A DNA stretch of 64,000 nucleotides from an uncultured Acidobacteriota bacterium (GTDB taxonomy: Bacteria; Acidobacteriota; Thermoanaerobaculia; Multivoradales; SZUA-115). Below the pieces are notes generated by a model that was not told the DNA's origin, did no database searches, and was given only the letters and a program-made list of their open reading frames with translations. The stretch covers positions 32,001 to 96,000 of the forward strand of contig CAWDVR010000002.1 of NCBI GenBank assembly GCA_963805975.1, written 5' to 3'. The stretch's first letter is position 1. Every line of letters begins with the position of its first letter. Positions 1 through 9,350 of the stretch are shown in pieces. The translations under genes were made by a program, and so were the position numbers.

Positions 1-2430
1 CCCGGCATTGGTCACCGACACCGGGACCAGCGCCTCTTCGCCGGGATCGAGGAAGCCGTCGGCGTCGCAGCCGCCTGCGCTGTCGTCCACCTCACCCAGG
101 GTGACCACCGCCGGGCTGCGGTGGATCTTGTAGATGCCGCGGCCGTGGGTGCCGGTCCAGAGGATGTCGTCGGTGGCCCACACGAGCTGCATGACGCGCG
201 TCCAGGCGGTGCCGTAGTCGTACTGCTGCCAGTCGAAGCTGCTGGTGTCGTTGCCATCCGTGGTCCACAGCCCGAGCTCGCTCCCCAGCCACAGGCGATC
301 GGAGTCCAGTGGGTCCACGACCACGGTGAACATCGGGATGTCGGGCAGGGTGTCGTGGATCGAGGTCCACGAGGTGCCGCCGTTGGTCGACTTCCACACT
401 CGGTCGGGGCCGTAGTCGGCGATGGTCGCGTAGACGGTGTTGCCGGTCGGGTCGTGGGGATCGACCTCGATCCAGGTGACGTCGAAGCCCTGCATGGCGA
501 CGTCGTTGATCTGGGTCCAGGTGGTCGGGGTGCCGAGCGTCGTAGTGCGGAAGATGCGGCCGGTGGCAGTGCCGACGAAGGCCACGCTGCCGTTGTGCCG
601 GCTGATGGTCGCCGCCGACACCGTGCTGCCGAGCACGCCGGACTGGTCGACGAAGGTGGCGGCGCCGAGCGAGCGCGTGTTGGCCGAGTAGAACACCCGG
701 TTGGTGCCCACGATCATGCGGTTGCCGTTGTTGATGTCGAGAGTGAAGGGAGTGATGAACGCGGCGCCCGTGGTCGAGGGCAGGGTGAGGTCGCTCGCCG
801 TCGAGCCGCCGTCCCCCGAGCCGAAGAGGCCGCCCTGGGGGGTCGCGCCGTAGATGAACTGCGTCTGCTGCTGGTCCCAGGAGGAGAAGCCGCCGTCGCC
901 GCCGAACCACTGGAGCCACAGCGCCTTGTCGCCGAAGAAGAGGTGCGAGCCGTTGTCCTGCGTACCGCCGATCACGTGCTCGCCGTCCGGGTGGGCGGCG
1001 ATGCCGTAGTACTGCGCGACGCGCAGGTCGTTGTTGAGCTGCGTGAAGTTCTCGCCGTCGTCGGTGGACTTGAAGATGCCGCCGTCGCAGCCGATGAACA
1101 CGGTATTGGGATTGGTGGGATCGAACGCCACCACGTGCAGGTCGGCGTGCACGTAGTCGTTCGGGTACTGGCCGACGCCGGGGTTCCAGAAAGTCTTCTT
1201 GGTGATCACGCCGCCGGCGTTGGTGCTCTTGAACATGTCCACCGCGCCGACGTAGACGGTGTTCGAATCGCCCGGCTTGACGCCCATGATGAGGTCGTAC
1301 CAGCCCTGGCGCTCGATGAAGGCCACGGCCGACGCGGTCTGCGCGAAGGCGCCGCCACCGGCCGGCGAGCGCCACAGGCCGCGGGTGGCGTCCGTGGTGC
1401 TGGAGACCGAGAGGTAGACCACTCCGTCCGTGCCCACGCCGATCTCGGCGCGGCGGCAGCCGGTGCCCGTCGCGCAGTCCGGCAGGCCCTCGCCAGCCCC
1501 GAGCTGGGTCCAGGTGGCGCCGTCGTCGCTGCTGCGCCACAGGCGCCGCAGGGCCGGGTTGGCGTTGTCGGTGAACCGCCACGAGTAGAGACGGGCGCTC
1601 GGGGTCGTCGTGGACGTGTCGAGCTTGAGGTCGGTGAAGCCACGATCGCCGGTCGCGAGGTTGGTGGTGCCGGTGCGCTCGGTCCACACCGGCGTGACCG
1701 CGGTGAAGTCGTCCGTGCCCCAGATCCCGGCGCGGGTGGCGGCGAGGAGCTTGGTGGTGCCCGGGATGCGGGCCAGCCGGTTGACGTAGAAGAAGTTGCT
1801 GTTGTCCGTGCCGGCGAGGGTGGTGAAGGTGTCGCCGAAGTCGTCCGAGATCAGGATGCCGAGACCCTGGGCGGCGTCGGCGTTGAAGAAGCCCTCGCCG
1901 GTGCCCACGAAGACCGTGTCGCTGTCGTCCGGGTCGACCAGCATCGAGCCCACGGAGAGGGACGGCAGGAAGTCGTCGACCGGCGTCCAGGTGGCGCCCG
2001 CGTCGGTGGACTTGAAGACGCCACCGGCGACGCTACCCACCAGCATCTCGTCGGTGTCGTTCGGGTTGATGAGGATGCCGCGGAGGCGACCGCCGAAGTT
2101 GCCCGGCCCCCAGTCCTCGATACGGATGTTGGGCAGCGGGCTGCCGCGCGAGCCAGCCCCGCGCACCGCCTCGATCTGGTCGCGCGCCTGGGCGTTGAGC
2201 TGAATCGCGGTCGCGGTGCTGCGGGTCTCGTGTAGGCCCGCCCACCAGGCGGCCGCTTCACCGGGATGCTCGGGCTTGTGCCCGTACTCCTCTCCCTCCT
2301 CGCCGCCGGAGATCGACTCCAGCTTGGCCTCGGAATAAGCCAGAGGGGCCGCTCGCCAGCTCAGCGCGGCAGAAGTGACAGCAACGACGGCGAACAGTGC
2401 CATCATCGAGAACAGGGAGCGCAGCTTCAT
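1..2430 (-). CDS. Large secreted BNR/Asp-box (sortilin/YCF48-like) beta-propeller protein; 3' end runs off the window
   Basis: Open minus frame from ATG 2430 with GAGGAG RBS. Signal peptide MKLRSLFSMMALFAVVAVTSAA, repeated SxDxGxTW motifs (KSTDAGATW, RSSDDGATW, KSTNGGTSW), GPGNFGGR. Absent from the ORF track because there is no stop in the window. Confidence 0.85.
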   Translation of the reverse strand, partial: MKLRSLFSMMALFAVVAVTSAALSWRAAPLAYSEAKLESISGGEEGEEYGHKPEHPGEAAAWWAGLHETRSTATAIQLNAQARDQIEAVRGAGSRGSPLPNIRIEDWGPGNFGGRLRGILINPNDTDEMLVGSVAGGVFKSTDAGATWTPVDDFLPSLSVGSMLVDPDDSDTVFVGTGEGFFNADAAQGLGILISDDFGDTFTTLAGTDNSNFFYVNRLARIPGTTKLLAATRAGIWGTDDFTAVTPVWTERTGTTNLATGDRGFTDLKLDTSTTTPSARLYSWRFTDNANPALRRLWRSSDDGATWTQLGAGEGLPDCATGTGCRRAEIGVGTDGVVYLSVSSTTDATRGLWRSPAGGGAFAQTASAVAFIERQGWYDLIMGVKPGDSNTVYVGAVDMFKSTNAGGVITKKTFWNPGVGQYPNDYVHADLHVVAFDPTNPNTVFIGCDGGIFKSTDDGENFTQLNNDLRVAQYYGIAAHPDGEHVIGGTQDNGSHLFFGDKALWLQWFGGDGGFSSWDQQQTQFIYGATPQGGLFGSGDGGSTASDLTLPSTTGAAFITPFTLDINNGNRMIVGTNRVFYSANTRSLGAATFVDQSGVLGSTVSAATISRHNGSVAFVGTATGRIFRTTTLGTPTTWTQINDVAMQGFDVTWIEVDPHDPTGNTVYATIADYGPDRVWKSTNGGTSWTSIHDTLPDIPMFTVVVDPLDSDRLWLGSELGLWTTDGNDTSSFDWQQYDYGTAWTRVMQLVWATDDILWTGTHGRGIYKIHRSPAVVTLGEVDDSAGGCDADGFLDPGEEALVPVSVTNAG

Positions 2431-2576
2431 CGAGGTCCTCCTCAGGGATGCGTTTGGGCCTATAGTCAGGCGGAGAATAGCACCTCTCTTTCGGTTCAGA
2501 AGCCTGTGCTACGATGCCACAAAGACACTTCCGCATGCATTGGAATTCCACACTTCCACCTCGCAAGGAGATCCCC

Positions 2577-3284
2577 ATGAAGGTCAAGACTGCTTTGATC
2601 GCTGGGCTGGCTCTCTGGACCTTCGCCGTGTCCCCACCCGCCACTGCCACCTTCCACTTCATGCAGATCGAGCAAGTGATCGGCGGCTTGTGCGGCGACC
2701 CCCGGGCGCAGGCGATCCAGCTCCGCATGCGCGCCGCCGGCCAGGACGAGGTGGCGGGCAAGAAGCTCGTAGCCTTCGACGCGGCCGGCGCGAACCCCAT
2801 CACGCTGTTCACCTTCCCCAGCCCGGTGGCGGTGTCGACCAGCGGCTCGCGCATCCTGCTCGTCACCTCGGCGGCGGCACCGCTTCTGCCGGACGCCGAC
2901 TTCGTGACCTCGGTGGTGCTCCCGGCCTCGTACCTGGCGGCGGGCCGGATCGCCTTCGTGGACGAGTCGAACCTCGTCTACTGGTCGATCGCCTGGGGCG
3001 GCGCCGGCTATACCGGCACCAACACCGGCACCACCACCAACGACGCCGACGGCAACTTCAGCCCCCCGTTCGCCTCGGCCCTGCCCTCCTCCACCACGCA
3101 GGCGCTCCTCTTCCCCGGCGCCGCCAACGCCATGAGCACCAACAACGCGGCCGACTACTCGACCACCGCCGGGGCCGCGACCTTCACCAACAACGCCGGC
3201 GCCGCCGTGCTGCTGCCGCTCTGCGTGTTCGACGACGGCTTCGAGAGCGGCAACACCACCGCCTGGAGCCTGACCGTCCCGTAG
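2577..3284 (+). CDS. Secreted protein with C-terminal FDDGFESGNTTAWSLTVP tag
   Basis: AAGGAG RBS before ATG 2577, signal peptide, characteristic C-terminal tail. Confidence 0.8.
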   Translation: MKVKTALIAGLALWTFAVSPPATATFHFMQIEQVIGGLCGDPRAQAIQLRMRAAGQDEVAGKKLVAFDAAGANPITLFTFPSPVAVSTSGSRILLVTSAAAPLLPDADFVTSVVLPASYLAAGRIAFVDESNLVYWSIAWGGAGYTGTNTGTTTNDADGNFSPPFASALPSSTTQALLFPGAANAMSTNNAADYSTTAGAATFTNNAGAAVLLPLCVFDDGFESGNTTAWSLTVP

Positions 3285-3312
3285 CATCGACTGCCCGACC
3301 AGGAGACCTCTC

Positions 3313-3882
3313 GTGAAGACCTTCTCGCCGCGCTCTCTCGTCTTCTCCACCTTGGCCCTGGCCTTCGTCCTCGGCACCGGACCGGCCGTGGCCGCCGAGG
3401 CCCCGCCCCCTGCGGCCCCCGCCACCGCTCCGTCGACGCCGTTCGGTATCCCGAATGCCGTCGAGGTCGTGCCCGGCCTGATCTCCGCCGGCCAGCCCAC
3501 CGAGGAGCAGCTCCGCCAGGCCGCCGCCGCGGGCTACAGATCGGTGATCGACCTGCGCCCGCCGGCCGAGGACCACGGCTTCGACGAGCCGGCGATCGCG
3601 GCCGGCCTCGGCCTGCGGTACGTCAACGTCCCGGTGACCCTCGACACCCTCGACGCCGCCACCGTGGAGCGCTTCCGCGAGGTCTTCGCCAAGGCGGAGC
3701 AGCCGGTCCTCCTCCACTGCGCGTCGGCCAACCGGACGGGTGCGCTCTACTACGCGCACTTGGTGCTGGATCAGAAGATCGAGCCCGAGGAGGCCCTGAA
3801 ACGCGCCCGCGCCGCCGGGCTCAAGGCTCCCCCGCTCGAAGAGAAAGTGAAGGCGGTGGTGGCCGAGGCCGCGAAGCCGTGA
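3313..3882 (+). CDS. Secreted tyrosine-phosphatase-fold / DUF442 (beta-lactamase hydrolase-like, sulfurtransferase) protein
   Basis: SAGQP, VIDLRPPAE, CX5R loop HCASANR; signal peptide. Confidence 0.8.
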   Translation: MKTFSPRSLVFSTLALAFVLGTGPAVAAEAPPPAAPATAPSTPFGIPNAVEVVPGLISAGQPTEEQLRQAAAAGYRSVIDLRPPAEDHGFDEPAIAAGLGLRYVNVPVTLDTLDAATVERFREVFAKAEQPVLLHCASANRTGALYYAHLVLDQKIEPEEALKRARAAGLKAPPLEEKVKAVVAEAAKP

Positions 3883-3943
3883 TGCCTGGGCCGCGACCAG
3901 CCTCCCGCTGATCGCTGCACGCCCGACGGGCGAGGAGGTTTCG

Positions 3944-4639
3944 ATGACCGTGCGGCGCATTCTCGGCTTCGCCCTGCTCCCAGCGCTCGGCCTCGGTGCC
4001 GCGGCCGGCGCCGGCGCGCAGAGCCTCAACCTCGATTTCGGAGCGCCGGAGAGTGGCCCCCCTCCCACCTATGCGGCGGCCGGCCGCGCCGGCACCTGGA
4101 ACAGCATCCCCGCCGCCCACGGCACCACCACCAGCGGGCTGGTGAACCTGGCCGGCTCGGCCACCGCCGCCTCGATCAGCCAGATCGGCGGCCTGGCGCT
4201 GCTCGACGACAACGACCCGGCGGTCACCGGCGACCATGCCCTGCTGCTCGACGACTTCCTGGTCACCTACAACGACGGCCTCGAGACCTGCATCTACCTG
4301 AACGGCCTCGAGCCCGGCACCTACACGGTGCTGATCTACGCCCGCATGCCCGACCCGGCCGTGGCGAGCTACACCAGCGTGGACCAGGAGGACGGCTTCC
4401 CCCACCACGCGGTGGGCGGGACCTGGCCGGGTGAGCACTCGAACCCGGGTTCCTTCTCCCGCCACCTGGCCGAGGTCGGCCCGGGCGGTGACCTCGACCT
4501 GCACTCCGGGATCTTCCCCGGGGCGAACGAGGTGCTGGGTGCCGCTCTGAACGGCCTGCAGGTGATCCGGCTCGAAAGTCTCTTTGCCGATAGTTTCGAG
4601 AGCGGTGACACCGCGGCCTGGAGCCTGACAGTGCCCTAG
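3944..4639 (+). CDS. Secreted protein with C-terminal FADSFESGDTAAWSLTVP tag
   Basis: GAGGAGG RBS, signal peptide, same tail as 2577..3284. Confidence 0.8.
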   Translation: MTVRRILGFALLPALGLGAAAGAGAQSLNLDFGAPESGPPPTYAAAGRAGTWNSIPAAHGTTTSGLVNLAGSATAASISQIGGLALLDDNDPAVTGDHALLLDDFLVTYNDGLETCIYLNGLEPGTYTVLIYARMPDPAVASYTSVDQEDGFPHHAVGGTWPGEHSNPGSFSRHLAEVGPGGDLDLHSGIFPGANEVLGAALNGLQVIRLESLFADSFESGDTAAWSLTVP

Positions 4640-4666
4640 CGGCGGGTGTGTTCTACGCTTGCCGGC

Positions 4667-5146
4667 ATGACCTCACGAGCCGACTTCCGCCTCCGGTCCG
4701 CCACTCCGGCGGACCATACCTGGATCCTGCCGCTCGCTCCCCGCCTGCACGACTTCGGGCCGCCGCCCTGGCGCTCCCGCCAGCGGATGGACCTGGCCGT
4801 GAGCGCCGCGATCGAGCGCGGCCTGCTCGAGAGACCGTCCGGCTCGAGCGTGATCGTGGCCGAGGACCCTGGCGGCGAGCCGGCCGGCTTCGTCCATCTC
4901 GAAACGGCGACGGATTTCTTCACCGGCGAGGCACACGGCCACGTCTCCGACCTGGTGGTCGCTCCCGGCTCCGAGGGCCGGGGTGTGGGCGCGCTGCTCA
5001 TGGCCGCGGCCGAGGCCTGGGCGCAGGAGCAGGGGTTCCGGCTCCTGACGCTCAACGTGTTCGGCGGCAACGAGCGCGCCCTGCACCTGTACCAGAGACT
5101 CGGCTTTCAGGCCGACGTCACCAAGATGGTCAAGGAGCTGCCCTGA
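4667..5146 (+). CDS. GNAT family N-acetyltransferase
   Basis: Motif A VVAPGSEGRGVGALLM; motif B LNVFGGNERALHLYQRLGF. Confidence 0.9.
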   Translation: MTSRADFRLRSATPADHTWILPLAPRLHDFGPPPWRSRQRMDLAVSAAIERGLLERPSGSSVIVAEDPGGEPAGFVHLETATDFFTGEAHGHVSDLVVAPGSEGRGVGALLMAAAEAWAQEQGFRLLTLNVFGGNERALHLYQRLGFQADVTKMVKELP

Positions 5147-5180
5147 GGCGGCTCCTCGACCCGTGCTGCGGAGGTGGTGC

Positions 5181-7373
5181 TCAGATCTTCCCGCTCAACC
5201 CCACCGTGTAGCTCCTCCCCACCGCCCGGTCCGCGGCTTCGTCGGCGGCGGAGAAATAGCGCCGGTCGCCCAGGTTGCGGGCGGTGAGGCGCACCTCGAA
5301 GTTCTTCGCGAAGCGCCAGCCGCCGCCGGCATCGAAGATGGTGAAGCCCGGCCGGGGGTCCTCGGTCGGGCCCGGCTCGTCCTGCTCGAGGAACGTGGTC
5401 ACGCGGCCGAAGACGTAGCCGCTGCCGAAGGCGTAGCGGCCGGTGAGCCAGCCGTTGGGCGCCGTGATGTCGTCGATGTTCGCTCCGCCGTCGGTTTCGC
5501 CTTGTGCCCAGGTGGCACCCAGCTCGCCGCTCCAGGCGTCGGTGAAGGCCACCTGCCCTTCCAGCTCCAGGCCCTCGATGTTCGCTTCGCCGCGGTTCCT
5601 GAACTGGAAGTTGTCGCCGACCGTGAAGCGCTCGATCAGATCCTCGATGTCGTAGCGGTAGACGTAGAAGCCGAACGCCGTGCGGGCGTGGGCATAGCGC
5701 AGGCCGGCGTCGTACTGCAGGCTGGTCTCGGGATCGAGGTCGGGGTTGCCGACCACGAAGCCGCGCCCGGAAGGGCCGCGGAAGTAGCGGTCGGAGAGGG
5801 TCGGCGTGCGGAAGCCGCGCGCCACCTGGAGGGTCGCCGTCCAGTCGGTGGCCGGATGGGCGGTGAGCGCCAGGTTGCCGGAGAGCGCGGTGTGGTTCTG
5901 CGACTGGTCACCGAAGAAGCCGCCGGTGTTCTCGGTCGAGACGCGGTCGCCCCGCAGGCCGGCCCCGAAGCTGACCTTGGCGCCGAGGTCGCGGTTCCAG
6001 GTGGCGAAGAGGCCGGTCGCGATCTGGCGGGCGTCCTCGATCGAGTTGCTGACCGCCGTGCCGGTCACGGTGGTGGCGTCGGCCGCGAAGGTGGTACGGG
6101 TGAAGATCGCCTCCAGGTCGTAGCGGGCGTTGCCGTCGAGGCCGAGCTGCAACCGGCCGCCGCCCACCGGCCGGCCGGCCACGGCGCGGATCGAGGTGTC
6201 GTCGGCGTCCACGTCGGAGCGATCGATGCGCCGGGTCACGCCCGCTGCCGGAAACCGCTCGCGGTCGAGGATCAGGTGATAGGCGCCGGTGAAGAACGAG
6301 GCCTCGAGCGAGTCCCATCCGCCGCCGGGCACGCCGAGCCAGGAGGCGGTGAAGCGGTCCGAGTCCTCGGTCGGGTAGACGGCGCGGGTCGCCCGCGAGT
6401 CGATCGCCGCCTTGCCCAGATCGTCGTTGCGGTCGAGCGCCAGGCCCAGCCGCAGCCGGCCAGGGCCGGCATCGCGCACGTAGCGCACGGCCGCACCCTG
6501 GCCTTCGAATGCCGAGTTGAAGATCTCCTCGCCGCCACCCGCCTCGGCGTCGTCGGCGTCGCGGGAGTAAGCGTTCACCAGGAAGCTGCCGCCGGCCGCG
6601 TCCGCGGACGCACTGACGTCGCCGCCCTTCTGATCGATCGCACCGAGCCCGGCCTCGAGACCGAAGCGGAGGTGGAAACGGCCGGGCTCGGGGTCGCGGG
6701 TGATGGCGTTGATCACGCCACCGAAAGCGTCCGAGCCGTAGACCACGGAGCCGGGGCCGCGCAGCACTTCCACCGAGGCGAGGCTCGCCGGGTCGACGAA
6801 GGTGGCGGACGGGCCGGCGCGGCGCTCGGCGGTGACGCGGGCGCCGTCGATCAGGATCAGCGTCCGGCCGCGCCCCAGGTTGCGCAACGCCGGCACGCTG
6901 TCGACGCCGTCGCCGAGCTTGGAGGCGCCGGCGACCGACTCGAGCGCCTGGTAGATGCGCACCGGGGCACGCTGCTCGAGCTCCTCCTGGGTGAGCACGG
7001 TGCTGGCGTTGCCGGGCAGGATGTCGAGGCTCGGCGCGATGCCGGAGACCACGGTGACGCTGTCGCGCATCACCTCGGGCACGTTGAGCTCGAGCGTGCC
7101 CTCGGGCAGGGTCTCGACCGCCATCGGAGCCGACACGTCGCCGTTGGGGCCACTCGCCACGATCTCGAACGGGGTCTGGGGCGCGGGGTCGAAGGTAAAG
7201 CTGCCGTCGGGGCCGCAGCGCGCCGACTGCGACTGGCCGACCACGGTCACCACGTAGCCGGCGGCGGGGTCGCCCTCGGGCAGCAGCAGGCGGCCCTCGA
7301 GGGCCGCGAAGGCAGGGGAAGCGATGAGCAACACGGCCAGGACGAGACCCGGCCGCGACAGGCGAGAGATCAT
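5181..7373 (-). CDS. TonB-dependent receptor
   Basis: Signal peptide, carboxypeptidase-regulatory-like N domain, plug motif VEVLRGPGSVVYGSDAFGGVIN, GNPDLDPE, beta-barrel C-terminus. Confidence 0.92.
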   Translation of the reverse strand: MISRLSRPGLVLAVLLIASPAFAALEGRLLLPEGDPAAGYVVTVVGQSQSARCGPDGSFTFDPAPQTPFEIVASGPNGDVSAPMAVETLPEGTLELNVPEVMRDSVTVVSGIAPSLDILPGNASTVLTQEELEQRAPVRIYQALESVAGASKLGDGVDSVPALRNLGRGRTLILIDGARVTAERRAGPSATFVDPASLASVEVLRGPGSVVYGSDAFGGVINAITRDPEPGRFHLRFGLEAGLGAIDQKGGDVSASADAAGGSFLVNAYSRDADDAEAGGGEEIFNSAFEGQGAAVRYVRDAGPGRLRLGLALDRNDDLGKAAIDSRATRAVYPTEDSDRFTASWLGVPGGGWDSLEASFFTGAYHLILDRERFPAAGVTRRIDRSDVDADDTSIRAVAGRPVGGGRLQLGLDGNARYDLEAIFTRTTFAADATTVTGTAVSNSIEDARQIATGLFATWNRDLGAKVSFGAGLRGDRVSTENTGGFFGDQSQNHTALSGNLALTAHPATDWTATLQVARGFRTPTLSDRYFRGPSGRGFVVGNPDLDPETSLQYDAGLRYAHARTAFGFYVYRYDIEDLIERFTVGDNFQFRNRGEANIEGLELEGQVAFTDAWSGELGATWAQGETDGGANIDDITAPNGWLTGRYAFGSGYVFGRVTTFLEQDEPGPTEDPRPGFTIFDAGGGWRFAKNFEVRLTARNLGDRRYFSAADEAADRAVGRSYTVGLSGKI

Positions 7374-7480
7374 GGAGGTACCTCCAGAGAATCCGGTTCC
7401 AGGAAGCGGCACGCCACCCTCGGGCGAGGGGACGGCCAAGATCTACGCTCGGGGGATCGCGCGCTCCGGCGCGCCGGGGC

Positions 7481-8275
7481 TCACTCGTTGAGGCGCTGGA
7501 TGAGCGAGAGGATGGGAATGCTGCGCTGCGCGGGCGAGGTCCGGCTCGGCGTCGTGAGGGCCGACAGCGTGCCGCCCCAGGACTCCGCGGGCGCCTGGGC
7601 TTCCGGCGCCATCTCGCGCAGCGGTCCGGCCGCGAGCCACCACAGGCCCGCGGAGGGCTGCGCCGTGGGCGAGAGCGCGCTATCGGTCCCCAGGCTCTCG
7701 ACCTCCGTCCAGCCGCTGCCGTCGCGCCGTCCCTCGGCCCAGGCGGTGACGCCCGCGTCGCCCACGCGCGCCGGCTCGCCGCGCCGCAGGGACCAGCGGC
7801 GCGCCAGCGGCCGCACGGCGACGCCCCGTAGCTCGCGCACCCGGAACCGTGCCGCGACCGGCTGGTCGAACTCGCGTTTCTCGTTGCCGAAACGCAGCAG
7901 GAGGCGGGCATCGTCGGAGGGCGTCCCCGGCAGGCGGACGCTGACGCGGCGGCTCTCGACGGTCAGGTGCGGGGTCAACCGCACCGGAAAGGTGCGCCCC
8001 CCGTCGAGCGACCAGAAAGCCTCCCACTCTTCCACCTCTTCTAGCTCCTCGAGACCCGGACCCGGTACCCACTCGAGCCACACCAGCTCACCCGCACCCA
8101 GCTCGGCGCCGTCGAGCGGCGCCACGAGCCGGGCCAGGGGTTGGGCCCGCGGCCGCTCCTCCCGCTCCTCGGTCTCGGCAGCGATCGCGGGTGCCCCGGC
8201 AGCGGGCGCCGCGACCGCGAGCAGCAAGGTAAGGACCCCAGTCAGGCCCTGAATGAGAAGGCGGCGCCAGATCAT
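7481..8275 (-). CDS. Exported hypothetical protein (Ig-like/Asp-box segment), translationally coupled to the methyltransferase
   Basis: MIWRRLLIQGLTGVLTLLLAVAAPAA signal peptide; WSLDGGRTF; ATGA overlap with the upstream stop at 8272-8275. Confidence 0.65.
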   Translation of the reverse strand: MIWRRLLIQGLTGVLTLLLAVAAPAAGAPAIAAETEEREERPRAQPLARLVAPLDGAELGAGELVWLEWVPGPGLEELEEVEEWEAFWSLDGGRTFPVRLTPHLTVESRRVSVRLPGTPSDDARLLLRFGNEKREFDQPVAARFRVRELRGVAVRPLARRWSLRRGEPARVGDAGVTAWAEGRRDGSGWTEVESLGTDSALSPTAQPSAGLWWLAAGPLREMAPEAQAPAESWGGTLSALTTPSRTSPAQRSIPILSLIQRLNE

Positions 8276-9075
8276 CGAGCCTGATTCTCCTCCACAGTGG
8301 TCTCTCCTCCCAGCCGCGCCAGCACCTCGGCATCCACGGGCGTGACTCCGAGCGGCGGCACGCAGAGGGTGGTGCGGACCGTGGCCGGAGCTCCGCCGAG
8401 CTCGGTGACCGGGAGGTGCAGCACACGGGGTCCGCAGACTGGATACGCGCTCGCCTCGTAAAGGGTTACCCGGTGGCGGGGCGGGTAGTGCCGGAGGAGC
8501 TCCTCGGAGAGCACTTCGAGGCCGCGGCGGTTCCACAGCTCGCCCTTGCGGAAGTCGCGCACGCCGATCACTCCCACCTGCCAGAGGACCAGCAGGCTGG
8601 CCGGGTCGAAGCGCCGCCGGCGGATCAGGAAGTCGGTGGCCTCGAAGGACTGGCAGCCGAGCGCGCCGGGGTCGAGGCCGAGGTCGGCGAACAGGCAGTC
8701 CTCGGCGGAGATGCCGGGGAGCATCCGCGCCTCGTAGCCCTCGGCACGCGCTTGGCGGATCGCTTCGTGCGGCGGCGTGGCGAAGACCCCCGGGTGCCCG
8801 TAGAACGCGGCGCACACCCAGCGGCCGTCGCGCACCGGCGCCAGGATGCGCTCGGCCATCTCGATATAGGTCTCGCCGCGGTCGCGGCCGGGGTGGTAGC
8901 TCGAGTGCAGGGACTCGGCGGTGGGGTTTTTTTCCTCGAGCCAGCGGCTGGTCACGTTGTCGTTCACCAGGTAGAAGAGCCGGTCCGCTCTCTCGATGGC
9001 GGACAGCGCCTCGCGGGTCACCTGGCCGGCCAGAGAGAAGCCCGTGCCCACCACTGTGAGCGAACCATTCGCCAT
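8272..9075 (-). CDS. Split-borosin alpha-N-methyltransferase (SonM/OphMA-like, tetrapyrrole methylase fold)
   Basis: GSLTVVGTG, Y-x5-R-x3-Y (SYHPGRDRGETY), FYGHPGVF, PGISAEDCLFADLGLDPG, QSFEATDF, LWQVG, LYEAS. These are borosin methyltransferase signatures. Confidence 0.9.
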   Translation of the reverse strand: MANGSLTVVGTGFSLAGQVTREALSAIERADRLFYLVNDNVTSRWLEEKNPTAESLHSSYHPGRDRGETYIEMAERILAPVRDGRWVCAAFYGHPGVFATPPHEAIRQARAEGYEARMLPGISAEDCLFADLGLDPGALGCQSFEATDFLIRRRRFDPASLLVLWQVGVIGVRDFRKGELWNRRGLEVLSEELLRHYPPRHRVTLYEASAYPVCGPRVLHLPVTELGGAPATVRTTLCVPPLGVTPVDAEVLARLGGETTVEENQAR

Positions 9076-9134
9076 CGCTTAAATTCTCCTCGCGTGGTAC
9101 TCTAACGCCTTCCCATTCGATGAAGGGGGGTACG

Positions 9135-9350
9135 ATGGCCCTGCAGGACCTGCAGAAGTTCCTTTTGGACCTTTCTGAGCAGCCCGGTTTGCGGACGCAG
9201 TTCAAGGAGTCCCCCGACGAGATCATGACTGCCGCAGGCCTCACGGAGGAGGAGCAGGCGCTCGTCCGCTCGGGCGACGAGAAGGCGATCCGTAGCTACC
9301 TCGGCGACGAGGGCGAGACCTGCAGCGCGATCAAGACGACGTTTTGCTAG
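9135..9350 (+). CDS. Borosin RiPP precursor (SonA-like borosin-binding domain plus core [11 protein letters not shown])
   Basis: 71 aa; LQKFLLDLSEQPGLRTQFKESPDEIMTAAGLTEEEQALVRSGD matches the LigA-like BBD pattern; AAGGGGGG RBS; adjacent to the methyltransferase. Confidence 0.82.
   Translation: MALQDLQKFLLDLSEQPGLRTQFKESPDEIMTAAGLTEEEQALVRSGDEKAIRSYLGDEGETCSAIKTTFC

Noticed and set aside
92-2235. 531-aa and 704-aa ORFs at the left end
   Set aside because: Alternative frames. The real gene is the unlisted minus-strand frame starting at 2430.
5163-8252. 1029-aa plus-strand ORF
   Set aside because: Antisense shadow of the TonB receptor and the neighbouring gene.
8272-9075. Cobalamin/siroheme methyltransferase annotation
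   Set aside because: No tetrapyrrole genes nearby; the motifs and the adjacent BBD peptide fit borosins.
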